Both the position numbers and the translations under genes were made by a program. DNA of 64,000 bases from an uncultured Chloroflexia bacterium (lineage in GTDB: Bacteria; Chloroflexota; Chloroflexia; Thermomicrobiales; JALYUS01). The notes under the pieces are model-generated. The model saw nothing but the letters and a program-made list of their open reading frames with translations. It was not told the DNA's origin and ran no database searches. Below, one piece after another: positions 54,342 to 63,999 of this stretch; positions within the stretch are counted from its first letter, which is position 1, and each line of letters opens with the position of its first letter. The DNA lies in contig CAVXPY010000036.1 of NCBI GenBank assembly GCA_963763655.1, positions 113,320-177,319 on the forward strand, written 5' to 3'.

Positions 54342-55229
54342 ATGAACCGCGCATTGTCGCGGAACCCATCCTCATTGCCCGTGGTTAGGGCGGGAGCGGC
54401 GGCAGCGACCTGGGAGCGGGTGCAGCGGGCACGACACGCGAACAGGCCGCGTACGCTCGGCTACATCAGCGGTCTCTGCACCGAGTTCGTGCCGCTCCAC
54501 GGTGATCGCCTCTACGGAGACGATCCCGCGCTTGTCGGTGGTGTCGGGCGGTTCAATGGTCGGAGCGTGATGCTGCTCGGTCATCAGAGCGGCGCAGACA
54601 CCAAGGAAAACCTCAAGCGCAACTTCGGCATGTCGAAGCCGGAGGGGTACCACAAGGCGAAACGGCTGATGCTGCACGCGGAGAAGTTCGGCTTCCCGGT
54701 CATCAGCTTCATCGACACGATGGCGGCGGACCCGACGCTGCCCTCCGAGGAGCGCGGTCAGGCGATTGCGATTGCGGAGTCGATCCTGACGATGCTCGGC
54801 CTGCGCGTGCCGACGGTGTCGGTCGTCATTGGTCAGGGTGGGAGTGGCGGCGCACTGGCAATCGGCGTGACGGATCGCATCATCATGATGGAGAACGCGG
54901 TCTACTCCGTCGCCCCGCCGGAAGCCGCCGCCCTGATTCTCAAACTCGATCCCTCAACGAAGCAGGAAGTCGCCGCCGCGATGCGCATCACCGGCCCCGA
55001 GTCGCATATCTTCGGCGTCATCGACGAAGTCGTACCGGAACCGACGCCCGCCCACGAGGACCCGCTCGGGGCGATCGACGCGGTCGGCAACGCGCTCGAC
55101 CGCCACCTGACCGCGCTCGACGCGATGTACGGGGTCGGGGTCGATCTTCAGGTCGATCGGCTCCTCGCAGATCGTTACACCAAATACCGCAACGTCGGGC
55201 AGTGGGTCGAGGAGACGGCGGGCCGCTAA
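54342..55229 (+). CDS. accA: Acetyl-CoA carboxylase carboxyltransferase alpha
   Basis: [33 protein letters not shown] and [10 protein letters not shown] motifs. Confidence 0.95.
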   Translation: MNRALSRNPSSLPVVRAGAAAATWERVQRARHANRPRTLGYISGLCTEFVPLHGDRLYGDDPALVGGVGRFNGRSVMLLGHQSGADTKENLKRNFGMSKPEGYHKAKRLMLHAEKFGFPVISFIDTMAADPTLPSEERGQAIAIAESILTMLGLRVPTVSVVIGQGGSGGALAIGVTDRIIMMENAVYSVAPPEAAALILKLDPSTKQEVAAAMRITGPESHIFGVIDEVVPEPTPAHEDPLGAIDAVGNALDRHLTALDAMYGVGVDLQVDRLLADRYTKYRNVGQWVEETAGR

Positions 55230-55299
55230 GATCGGCCCGCCGTCTCCCCGAGCGAGCGAGGGTGAATTCCTGCCACTCAGACGGGTTGGCATACCAGTT

Positions 55300-55641
55300 C
55301 TAGAGACGGTTGACCAGCGGTCTATCGCTACTCAGGAGTTGGATAATTGGCTCCGTCAGTTCAGGAACGAGTGGTCCCTGATCGAGTGCCAGAATCCCGC
55401 TATGCTCTGAGCGGATATTCCATGCCGCCGTCCATGTGAGCCATCCCTCGTGCAATGGCTCGAAATCCTTACGGTACTGGGTCACAAGAACCCATCCCTG
55501 GCCGGCACAATGCAACAACTGATCGGCATCAAGTGCGCCGAGACGACTCTCCTCGCGTGTGGTACGCACGTCCACGCCGCGTTCTCTCAGGGTAGTCGCC
55601 AGCTCGAGTTTGATATTCTCATCAAAGAAGAGGATGGACAC
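55300..55641 (-). CDS. DUF5615-family PIN-like toxin
   Basis: FFDENI...LRERGVDV...D...L..C...GWVLVT...DF pattern. Confidence 0.8.
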   Translation of the reverse strand: MSILFFDENIKLELATTLRERGVDVRTTREESRLGALDADQLLHCAGQGWVLVTQYRKDFEPLHEGWLTWTAAWNIRSEHSGILALDQGPLVPELTEPIIQLLSSDRPLVNRL

Positions 55642-55940
55642 TACGCTACCCGGTTCTCAGCAAGACGGCGGTCAAGGGCTTCGCGATGACGTAAATAGTA
55701 TGCCCAAACCGCCTCGACCGCAGCAACAGACACTTGATATTCTTCCGCGATGAGCTCCGAGGTGCGGCCGGGGGGAAGGAGATCACCAAGCACTGCCCAG
55801 ACCGCGTATCCGTAGTCGCGTAGTCGCGCTTCCTCCGCACGACGCCCACGAGGTCCAGGCTCGATGTACTGCTCGATCAAGCGCCCTAGAGAGTCATGCT
55901 GCGATATTTCCATGCTTGGAGGAGAAGTATTGGCATCCAT
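55641..55940 (-). CDS. DUF433-family antitoxin
   Basis: AVWAVL...IAEEYQVS..AVEAVWAYY pattern; 1-nt overlap with the toxin gene. Confidence 0.75.
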   Translation of the reverse strand: MDANTSPPSMEISQHDSLGRLIEQYIEPGPRGRRAEEARLRDYGYAVWAVLGDLLPPGRTSELIAEEYQVSVAAVEAVWAYYLRHREALDRRLAENRVA

Positions 55941-55958
55941 CGCGCATCATTCTTCCTT

Positions 55959-57590
55959 TTAGATGCCGACCGCGCAACCATCTGCGCGCGGCTCACTCCC
56001 CGCGACGTAGACGCCGTTCTTCAGGCGGCGGATGATCTGCCCCTTGCCGAAGCTGCCACCCTGATAGCGCACCTCAAGCTGGTGACCGCGCGCCCCAAGA
56101 CCACTGAGAACGTGCTGCGGCGCGGCCTGCTCAATCGCCACTTCCTTGTCCTTCAGCCATTGCCAGCGCGGCGCATCGAGGCTCGTTTGCGGGTTCATCC
56201 CGTAATCGACCTGATTGACGACCATCTGCAGATGGCCCTGCGGTTGCATATAGCCACCCATCACGCCGAAGGGCCCGAGCGCCTCGCCACCCTGCGTGAG
56301 GAAGGCGGGGATGATGGTGTGGTAGGGCCGCTTGCCGGGCGCAACGCAGTTGAGGTGATTAGGATCGAGGCGGAAACCGGCACCCCGGTTCTGCAAGGCG
56401 ATCCCCGTGCCCGGAACGACGATGCCGCTGCCGAACCCCTGGTAGTTCGACTGGATCATCGAAATCATCATGCCGTCGCCATCGACGGCGCAGAGATAGA
56501 CGGTGCCACCACGCGGCGGTTCGCCCGCTTCGGGCTGCATCGCGCGGTCGGTGATGAGCCGTCGCCGCTGCGAGGCGTATTCCTTATCGAGTAAACCCGC
56601 CATCGGCACGTCGGCGCGCTCCATGTCCGCCACATAGCGCATCGCGTCCGAGAAGCCGAGTTTCATCGCCTCGATCTGCAGGTGATAGCTCTCCGAGGAC
56701 TCGCGCGGGATCGCACCGAGTTCGAACCCTTCGAGGACGTTGAGGGCGGCAAGGGCAGCGATCCCCTGACCGTTCGGCGGGATCTCCCAAACCTCGTGAC
56801 CCCGGTATGAGACACTGATCGGGTCGACCCAGGTGCTGGTGTGCGCGGCGAGGTCTTCGCGCGTGATGTAGCCATTCGTCTTGGCGGCGAAGTCCGCGAT
56901 CCGCCCGGCGATCTCGCCCTTGTAATAGTCCTCCGCGCCGCTCTCCGCGATCCGGCGGAGCGTCCGGGCGTGATCGGGCAGCTCCCAGATTTCGCCTGCG
57001 CGCGGGGGGGTGCCATCCTTCGTGAAGGTCGTGAACCAGTGCGCGAACTCGGGACCGACATTGCGCACCGCGTAGTTACGGGCCGATCCGCCCCACCCCT
57101 CGGCGACGACCGGAGCGAGCGGATAGCCGCCGCTCGCATAGCGGATGGCGGGCTCGAAGAGCGTCGCGAAGGGCAGTTTGCCGAATCTGTCATGCAAATC
57201 ACGCCAAGCGGCGGGAGCGCCCGGTATCGTCACAGGCAACCAACCGTTGGTGGGGTACTCGGTGTGACCGAGCTTCTTGAAGAGTTCCGGCGTGTGGGTG
57301 GCGGGAGCGCGACCCGAGCCGTTGAGGCCGTGCAGTTTCTTACCGTCCCAGATGAGCGCGAAGGCGTCCGAACCGATGCCGTTCGAGGTCGGCTCAACGA
57401 CGGTGAGCGTCATTGCGGTCGCGAGCGCCGCATCGACGGCATTGCCACCCCGCTGCAGCATCTCCAGCCCCGCTTGCGCGGCGAGCGGTTCACTCGTCGC
57501 GACGATGCCGCGCGACGCGACGACCGGCATCCGCCGCGACGCATAGGCATAACTCTCCGGACGCAAGTTTTCCGCGGAATCCTTTGCCAT
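55959..57590 (-). CDS. ggt: Gamma-glutamyltransferase
   Basis: GGNAVDAA, PPNGQG, catalytic Thr in GGTVY, PGKRPYHTIIP and GVMGGYMQPQGH motifs. Confidence 0.95.
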   Translation of the reverse strand: MAKDSAENLRPESYAYASRRMPVVASRGIVATSEPLAAQAGLEMLQRGGNAVDAALATAMTLTVVEPTSNGIGSDAFALIWDGKKLHGLNGSGRAPATHTPELFKKLGHTEYPTNGWLPVTIPGAPAAWRDLHDRFGKLPFATLFEPAIRYASGGYPLAPVVAEGWGGSARNYAVRNVGPEFAHWFTTFTKDGTPPRAGEIWELPDHARTLRRIAESGAEDYYKGEIAGRIADFAAKTNGYITREDLAAHTSTWVDPISVSYRGHEVWEIPPNGQGIAALAALNVLEGFELGAIPRESSESYHLQIEAMKLGFSDAMRYVADMERADVPMAGLLDKEYASQRRRLITDRAMQPEAGEPPRGGTVYLCAVDGDGMMISMIQSNYQGFGSGIVVPGTGIALQNRGAGFRLDPNHLNCVAPGKRPYHTIIPAFLTQGGEALGPFGVMGGYMQPQGHLQMVVNQVDYGMNPQTSLDAPRWQWLKDKEVAIEQAAPQHVLSGLGARGHQLEVRYQGGSFGKGQIIRRLKNGVYVAGSEPRADGCAVGI

Positions 57591-57639
57591 TCTTTTGCTC
57601 TCCCAGCACTGCAATACGAACTGAGCACCTGACGCGTGA

Positions 57640-57671
57640 TACTCAGTACTCAGTACTCAGTACTCAGTACT
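57640..57671. repeat. Heptamer tandem repeat (TACTCAG)4
   Basis: tactcag x4 immediately 3' of the tRNA. Confidence 0.85.
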
Positions 57672-57680
57672 GGTCGAGGA

Positions 57681-57766
57681 TGGTGCCGAAGGAGGGACTC
57701 GAACCCTCATGCCCTTGCGGACAACGGTTTTTGAGACCGTCGCGTCTGCCATTCCGCCACTTCGGC
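57681..57766 (-). tRNA. tRNA-Leu(CAA)
   Basis: GCCGAAGTGGCGGAATGGCAGACGCGACGGT-CTCAAAA-ACCGT, long variable arm, GGTTCGAGTCC, ending TTCGGCACCA. Confidence 0.97.
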
Positions 57767-57988
57767 ACAGCATCACGGAGAATACCAGCCATCGCGGGCA
57801 CGGTCAATTTGTCCGACACGCCGCCACGAATCGGCGCGCAAATCTGCGCATCACCCTGCACGCCGCGCGAAGAGCAAAACTGCCTCTCACTCACCGCACA
57901 GGTGCCCGGAGCGTTTGCATCAAGCGCGGGCGTTGCTGGAGGCAACCGACCCTTCAAAGGTCCAAACTGTCTCTGCTAGACTGTCTGT

Positions 57989-58621
57989 ATGAGTAATGCC
58001 ACACCCCATACGGAACCGCTTCTTTCCGATGCCACGTATCACGCAGGTGTTCGCCGTGGGCTCCTGCTTGAATACCTCACCCTTGGCTGGAATGTCGTTG
58101 GCAGTGTCATCGTCCTTGTTGCGGCAATCATCGCCCACTCGGTCGCCTTAGCGGGCTTCGGGCTCGACTCGCTCATCGAAATCTCCGCGTCCCTCATCGT
58201 TGTCTGGGAACTGACCGGCACGGGGAAGGAACGCGAGCAGCGCGCGCTCAGACTGATCGGGATTGGCTTCTTCTGCCTGGCCATCTATATCCTCGGCCAA
58301 TCTGCATACACGCTCATCAGCCGGTCCCGTCCCGACAGTTCCCCTGGCGGGATTATCTGGCTCACGGCAACGCTGATTGCGATGCTCCTCCTCTCGCGGG
58401 GCAAGAAGGTGACGGGAGAGAAGATCCAAAACCCCGTCCTCATGACCGAAGCACACGTGACACTCATTGATGCACTGCTTGCGGCGGCGGTACTCGTCGG
58501 CTTGCTCCTCAATACCGCCTTCGGTTGGTGGTGGGCCGATCCCCTGGCCGGTCTCGTCATCGTCTATTACGGCTGCAAAGAAGGGCTCACTGCGATGCGC
58601 GCGGGGAATAGTTCGCAGTGA
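57989..58621 (+). CDS. Cation transporter (CDF transmembrane domain only)
   Basis: LEYLTLGWNV, SVALAGFGLDSLIE and GWWWADP motifs. Confidence 0.85.
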   Translation: MSNATPHTEPLLSDATYHAGVRRGLLLEYLTLGWNVVGSVIVLVAAIIAHSVALAGFGLDSLIEISASLIVVWELTGTGKEREQRALRLIGIGFFCLAIYILGQSAYTLISRSRPDSSPGGIIWLTATLIAMLLLSRGKKVTGEKIQNPVLMTEAHVTLIDALLAAAVLVGLLLNTAFGWWWADPLAGLVIVYYGCKEGLTAMRAGNSSQ

Positions 58622-59184
58622 TTGCGACCGCCATCATCTTTCTTTCCCTCGGCTTCGATACACTCGCCGTTTCGCTCGGTCTCGGTTTGTCAGGATTGCC
58701 GCGCTCCCGCTGGGTGCGCGTCGGGCTGACTTTCGCCTGCTTTGAAGGATTGATGCCGATCGTCGGGCTACTCGTCGGACAACGACTCGGAACGGCGTTG
58801 GGTGAGATCGCCGCGTATGTCGCCGCAGCCATCCTGATCGTCATTGGCGGGTTGGAAATCAGGGAAGCAATCCTGGGTGATGACGATGAAATCGTCGGTC
58901 ATCCCGAGGCGGAAAAGATGCGCCCCCTGATGCTCATGGGCCTTTCAGTGAGCTTGGATGAACTGGCGGTAGGATTTGCCCTCGGGGTGCTGAACGTCCC
59001 ATTGGGCCCGGCGCTGGCGTACATCGCATTGCAAGCGTTCGTGCTGACCTTCGTCGGGCTACAGCTCGGTCAGCGTCTTGGCCATCATTTCGGGGAGCGT
59101 GCGGAACTCGCAGCCGGGATCGTACTCGCCCTTCTGGGTGTTGCGTTGGCTATCAGTGAAGTCACCGGCAGTCATTTCATCTGA
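58618..59184 (+). CDS. mntP: MntP-family manganese efflux pump
   Basis: SLGFDTLAVSLG, FEGLMP.VG and SVSLDELAVG (duplicated DUF204 motifs). Confidence 0.82.
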   Translation: MIATAIIFLSLGFDTLAVSLGLGLSGLPRSRWVRVGLTFACFEGLMPIVGLLVGQRLGTALGEIAAYVAAAILIVIGGLEIREAILGDDDEIVGHPEAEKMRPLMLMGLSVSLDELAVGFALGVLNVPLGPALAYIALQAFVLTFVGLQLGQRLGHHFGERAELAAGIVLALLGVALAISEVTGSHFI

Positions 59185-59248
59185 TACCCTGATTGCGGCT
59201 AACCATTCACGGCACCGCCCACTGGCGGATAACGCGAAAGCGACGGGC

Positions 59249-60967
59249 ATGAGCGCGGCACACGTTAGCGTAATAGCATCCGCGACCTCCGGGTCGGGCG
59301 CGATCATCACGACGATGCTCTGGCTCCTGGTCGCGGTGCTCGCCGTCGCGGTCATCACCCACTTCCTGCATCTCCCGTATACGGTCGCACTCGTCGTGGC
59401 GGGGCTCGCGCTAGGGATTACCGGCGGCCCCTTCTCCGTCTCGCTCACGGAAGGGCTGATTCTCGACGTCTTCATTCCCGCGCTGCTCTTCGAGGCGGCA
59501 TACAACCTGCCGTGGTCGCGGTTGCGTCGGGAAATCCGCTCCGTCACCGCGCTGGCGATCCCCGGTGTGATCGCGGGCACGGCGATCGTCGGGGCGATCG
59601 TGCATTTTGCCGGGTTGCGCTGGCCCGTCGCGCTCCTCTTCGGGGCGCTCATTTCGGCGACCGATCCCGTCTCCGTCCTCGCCACCTTCCGCCAACTCGG
59701 TACGGACCGACGGCTCTCGATGATCGTGGAGGGCGAAAGCCTCTTCAATGACGGCACTGCGCTCGTCATCTTCAAGCTCGTGCTGACGCTCGCCATCGCG
59801 GGCAGCGTCTCTGTCGGTGTGACTGCGGTCGCCTTCATCGGTTCGATTGCCGGGGGCATCGTGGTCGGTCTCGTGGTTGGCTACCTCGGCGCGCTCGCCC
59901 TCCGACAGATCGATGAGTATCTCATCGAGATCACCGCGACCCTCCTGATGGCCTATGGCACCTTCATTCTCTGCGAGCGGGTGGAGGTGACGACGCGCGG
60001 CGTCGCACTCGGCGCATCGCCGGTGATCGCGGTCGTCGTTCTCGGGCTGGTGATCGGCAACTATGCCTCACGCGCGAGTATGTCCGCCGCGACGCGCATC
60101 TCGATGCACGGCACCTGGGAACTGATCGGCTACCTCGCCAACTCGCTCATCTTCCTGCTCATCGGGCTGCAAATTCACGGCGCGACGATCCACCGCGCGG
60201 ACATTCCCCTGATCGTCTGGGGGATCATCGGCGTGCTGATCAGCCGCCCACTCGTCGTCTACGGCGTCAGCCTGTACACGAACGCGCGCGCATCGCGGGC
60301 GAACCGCCTGCCGCTCGCCTTCCAGCATGTCATCGTCTGGGGCGGCTTGCGCGGCGCGATTGCGCTGGCAGCCGCGCTCAGTATCCCCGCCGCCGATGTG
60401 CCGGAACGCCCGACACTCCTGCTGATGACCTTCGGCGTCGTCGTGTTCACCCTGCTCGTCCAGGGAATCACGATCCGACCATTCGCCGCACGGCTCGGAT
60501 TGAGTGGGAGGCAGCAATCCGCGCCAATTATCGCCTTCGAGCGGTTACAGGCAGAACTCGTCGCCGTGCAGGCGGCCCGACGGGTGCTCGCGGAATCGCA
60601 CGAGAGCGGCGAAATCGGCCCGGACGCCTACGCGGAGCTTGCCGGTGCGTACGAGCAGCGTTCCGTCGCGATCCGTGCAGCGCTGGCGGGCTTGCAGGTA
60701 TCGGACGAGGACCTGCGCGCCGAGCGGCTGCGTATCGCCCAGCGCAAAGCGTTTCAAGCGGAGAAGGACGCCCTGCGCTCCCTGCGCAACCGTGGGACGA
60801 TCACCGGCGCGATTTTCCGTACACTCAATGCCGATGTAGACCGACGCACACTCGCGTTGGAGTCCGGCGACAATGGCGATGACGAACGCGACATCACTGA
60901 TGTACTGCCTTCCACAGAAGTGGCGGAATCCGGCCACGCGGCGGATGGCGCGACCCCAAAGGCGTAA
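59249..60967 (+). CDS. CPA1 Na+/H+ antiporter
   Basis: FIPALLFEAA, GALISATDPVSV, EGESLFNDG and WGGLRGAIALA motifs. Confidence 0.92.
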   Translation: MSAAHVSVIASATSGSGAIITTMLWLLVAVLAVAVITHFLHLPYTVALVVAGLALGITGGPFSVSLTEGLILDVFIPALLFEAAYNLPWSRLRREIRSVTALAIPGVIAGTAIVGAIVHFAGLRWPVALLFGALISATDPVSVLATFRQLGTDRRLSMIVEGESLFNDGTALVIFKLVLTLAIAGSVSVGVTAVAFIGSIAGGIVVGLVVGYLGALALRQIDEYLIEITATLLMAYGTFILCERVEVTTRGVALGASPVIAVVVLGLVIGNYASRASMSAATRISMHGTWELIGYLANSLIFLLIGLQIHGATIHRADIPLIVWGIIGVLISRPLVVYGVSLYTNARASRANRLPLAFQHVIVWGGLRGAIALAAALSIPAADVPERPTLLLMTFGVVVFTLLVQGITIRPFAARLGLSGRQQSAPIIAFERLQAELVAVQAARRVLAESHESGEIGPDAYAELAGAYEQRSVAIRAALAGLQVSDEDLRAERLRIAQRKAFQAEKDALRSLRNRGTITGAIFRTLNADVDRRTLALESGDNGDDERDITDVLPSTEVAESGHAADGATPKA

Positions 60968-60975
60968 CAATCCTT

Positions 60976-61162
60976 GGTGGTAGCGGGCTTTCAGCAAGGT
61001 TACCACCGTAGGTGTGTAGGGGGCACCCTTTGTGGGTGTCCTCCCGAGATTGGGCATCCGCCGATGATTGGGCCGCGATGCGGGAAGAGGGCACCCACAA
61101 GGGGTGCCCCCTACACAGTGGGTCAATGCTTCGACAATGTGCTGTAAAAGCCTGCCACTACC
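60976..61162. repeat. Family C palindrome with a nested GTAG-type REP doublet (61013-61117)
   Basis: Outer arms ggtggtagcgggctttcagc / gctgtaaaagcctgccactacc; inner arms tgtgtagggggcaccctttgtgggtgtcct / agggcacccacaaggggtgccccctacaca. Confidence 0.85.
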
Positions 61163-61167
61163 CTTAT

Positions 61168-62364
61168 CTACCCGACTGCGCCCCCGGCACGAAATGAGGC
61201 GATGGTCTCGGCATCGTAGCCGAGTTCAGCGAGCACGGCATCGGTATGCTCGCCAAGCAGGGGCGGCGGCAAGGTCACTTCGAGGTCCGCTGTCTGGAGG
61301 TGATACGGCATTCCCGGCACGGTGAGCGGCCCGATGGTTGGGTGCGCGATGGTGCGAGCGAGCCGCTCGTGCTGCACCTGCGGGTTCGCGAAGACGTCGT
61401 CGATGCCCGAAATCGGCCCGCACGGTACACTCACCGAGCCAAGGAGCGCGAGCAGTTCTGCCGTCGTCATTGTGCCGAACCGCTCGGTAATCATCGCGGT
61501 CAACTCCTCGTAGCGCGCGAGGCGATCCTGATTGCGGGCGTAGCGCGGATCGCTCGCCAGTTCCGGCCAGCCCATGACGCCACAGAACCGACCCCATAGG
61601 CCGTCGTTGCCGATGGCGAGACAGATGAAGCCGTCTGCGGTGGGGTAGGTATCGTACGGAGCGATCGTCTGATGGCGGTTCCCGACGCGTTTGGCGACCA
61701 CACCCGCCATATGGTAGTTGACGGTGTAGTAGACGAGCATCGAGACCTGCGCGCCGAGCAGCGATGCATCGATGAACTCGCCCCCGCCGCCGTTCGCCTT
61801 GCGGTAGAGCGCGGCGACGATGGCGTACGCCGCGAACATGCCCGCCGTCATATCGGCAATCGGGATGCCGACACGGGTCGGTGGACCATCCTCCTGCCCG
61901 GTCAGGCTCATGATGCCGCTCATCCCTTGCAGAATGAGATCGTAGGCGGTCCAGTTCTTGCCCGGCCCCGTCTGACCGAAGCCGGAGATGGAGCAATAGA
62001 CGATCTCCGGGCGACGCGCGGCGACTGCGTCATAGGCAAAACCGAGGCGGCCAATCGTGCCGGGGCTGAAGTTCTCGATGAAGACGTCCGCCGTCTCGAT
62101 CAACTGCCAGAGGATCGCCTTGCCCGCCTCGCTCTTCAGATCGAGCGCGATGGAGCGCTTGTTCCGGTTGATGCTCAGATAGTAGTTCGCCTCCCCCGCC
62201 GAGAACGGTGGCCCCCAGGCGCGCGTATCATCGCCCTTGCCGGGCTGCTCGATCTTGATGACCTCCGCGCCCATATCCGCGAGCATCATCGTGCAGTACG
62301 GCCCCGTCATCACCCGCGTCAAATCCACCACCCGCACGCCCGAAAGCGGCAACTTCCCTTCCAA
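61168..62364 (-). CDS. CaiB/BaiF family III CoA-transferase
   Basis: PLSGVRVVDLT...GP, NRNKRSIALDLK, ENFSPG, SISGFGQTGP and PPLLGEHT motifs. Confidence 0.95.
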   Translation of the reverse strand: MEGKLPLSGVRVVDLTRVMTGPYCTMMLADMGAEVIKIEQPGKGDDTRAWGPPFSAGEANYYLSINRNKRSIALDLKSEAGKAILWQLIETADVFIENFSPGTIGRLGFAYDAVAARRPEIVYCSISGFGQTGPGKNWTAYDLILQGMSGIMSLTGQEDGPPTRVGIPIADMTAGMFAAYAIVAALYRKANGGGGEFIDASLLGAQVSMLVYYTVNYHMAGVVAKRVGNRHQTIAPYDTYPTADGFICLAIGNDGLWGRFCGVMGWPELASDPRYARNQDRLARYEELTAMITERFGTMTTAELLALLGSVSVPCGPISGIDDVFANPQVQHERLARTIAHPTIGPLTVPGMPYHLQTADLEVTLPPPLLGEHTDAVLAELGYDAETIASFRAGGAVG

Positions 62365-62386
62365 CGGTCACTCCCCTTCCTGGATC

Positions 62387-62511
62387 GAAACCGGGGATGA
62401 ACCGCAAAGGCGCAAAGAGCGCAGAGGACGCAAAGAGGGAAAAGAGTATGATTCTTGTCTCTTCTTTGCGTTCTTTGTGTCCTTTGCGCCTTTGCGGTTC
62501 AATTGGTTTCC
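62387..62511. repeat. Family B inverted repeat
   Basis: tgaaccgcaaaggcgcaaagagcgcagaggacgcaaag...ctttgcgcctttgcggttca. Confidence 0.85.
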
Positions 62512-62514
62512 GTC

Positions 62515-63999
62515 CTACTTATGTTTATAAAGCGCGTAGGTGAAGCCATCGTCGATTGCTGCTTGCACATCGGTGTCCGGGGTGAGGATGAGGACGAGGC
62601 TGGGTGACACGACGGAGTCCGTCATCTGCACGAGCGCGACGCGGGTATATTGCGCGTCGAACCCCGGCAGGTCGAGGCCACGGCCCGGCCTGCCACCACT
62701 CGTCACCTTGCTCATGCCGACCGCGATGTAGGTCGGGTGCTGCGCGAGGATGTATGCGGGATCGGTTTTCTCGTGACCGGGCAGCCCGTCGCCCAACGCC
62801 ACGACGGTATGGGCGATGTGGTAGTCACTGAGGCCAAGCATGTCGAGCGTCGAGAGGCGGGAGATATACGGGACAACACCCGCCGCGTCAATCGCCAATG
62901 TGGCATCGGGCGGCGCGGTATCGCGCAGGTAGTCGCCAAGCGCCGTCAGCCCGGTGACCACGCGCATATGCGTACTCCCCACCCGCTGCTTCAGGAAAGT
63001 ATTGGGCGGCACGAGAGGCAGAAAGAGCCACGCGGCAATCAGCGCGACCGATAATGCCGCGAGGGGCGAGGCGGAGCCATCCCACGCCCGCCGATCCACC
63101 GTGGCTGACGCATCGGTCGGACGCCGCCGCGCCAGCCACGTCAGCCACGTCAGCCACGTCAGCCACGGTGCGCGCAGGAGCGCGCGGATGCCCGCGACCG
63201 CGAGTACGATCAGGAACGGAAAGACATGGAAGAGGAAGCGCGGGCCGATGAAGTCTCCACCGACGAGGATGATATAGCCGGTGAAGGTGACCGCGAGGAG
63301 CGCGATATAGCGCGCAGCCCGGTTCCACGTCACGGCGGAGGGGACGAGGATCAGCAGCGCAATGATGAGAAGCAGCGTCAGAGGGTGCAGCTGGGGCAAG
63401 CTGTGGGCGACGTACTCGATGCCGCGCCGCACCTGCTGGGTCGTTGAGCCGACCTTGTCGTAGAAGGTGTTCGGCAACGGCGAGTGATAATAGGCGAGCC
63501 GCCAGATTTCGTGTATGCCCGCGATCACGACGAACGGCACCGCGAATGCGAAGACATCGCGTGGGCGGGGCGCGGTCTCGTCATCCGCTGCGTACAGCGC
63601 GGGAATGCGCCGCGCGATGCGCGGGCCGATCCAGAGTTGCCAGATCAGCCAGCCGAGGGTGACGGCCCACATGCCCGCCCCCTCGGGGCGCGTGAGGTAT
63701 GCCGCAGCGAAGACGGTACCTGCCCACGGCCATCGCCGCGTGAGGATCAGGCAAGCCCCAATCGTGATGAGCAGAGCGAAGAGGTGCGTCTCCAAACCGA
63801 TAGCGGCATAGAAGGCGAACCAGCCACAACCCGCGATGACGAGGCTCGGCGTCGCCCGCAGCAGCCCCGACGCCTTCGGCAGCACGAGCGTCGTCAGCCA
63901 GTAGGTCACGACCACGACCCCGAGCGCCGCACCGATGGAGACGATCTTCGCCATGACGAGGAGCGGCAAACCAACCTTCGCGCATCCGGCGAGGAAGAC
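62515..63999 (-). CDS. GT-C-type integral membrane glycosyltransferase (AftB-like); 5' part outside the window
   Basis: GLET.LF, LTRPEG, WRLAYY..PLPNTFY.K, VGGDF..PRF, DMLGL.D.HIA and PGHEK motifs. Confidence 0.75.
   Translation of the reverse strand, partial: VFLAGCAKVGLPLLVMAKIVSIGAALGVVVVTYWLTTLVLPKASGLLRATPSLVIAGCGWFAFYAAIGLETHLFALLITIGACLILTRRWPWAGTVFAAAYLTRPEGAGMWAVTLGWLIWQLWIGPRIARRIPALYAADDETAPRPRDVFAFAVPFVVIAGIHEIWRLAYYHSPLPNTFYDKVGSTTQQVRRGIEYVAHSLPQLHPLTLLLIIALLILVPSAVTWNRAARYIALLAVTFTGYIILVGGDFIGPRFLFHVFPFLIVLAVAGIRALLRAPWLTWLTWLTWLARRRPTDASATVDRRAWDGSASPLAALSVALIAAWLFLPLVPPNTFLKQRVGSTHMRVVTGLTALGDYLRDTAPPDATLAIDAAGVVPYISRLSTLDMLGLSDYHIAHTVVALGDGLPGHEKTDPAYILAQHPTYIAVGMSKVTSGGRPGRGLDLPGFDAQYTRVALVQMTDSVVSPSLVLILTPDTDVQAAIDDGFTYALYKHK

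Noticed and set aside
57860-57975. Mn2+ (yybP-ykoY) or NiCo riboswitch upstream of the metal transporters
   Set aside because: Consensus elements were not found and the promoter geometry suggests a leaderless transcript.
57600-58000. Integrative element at tRNA-Leu
   Set aside because: No integrase and no duplicated tRNA 3' end seen; ggt follows directly.
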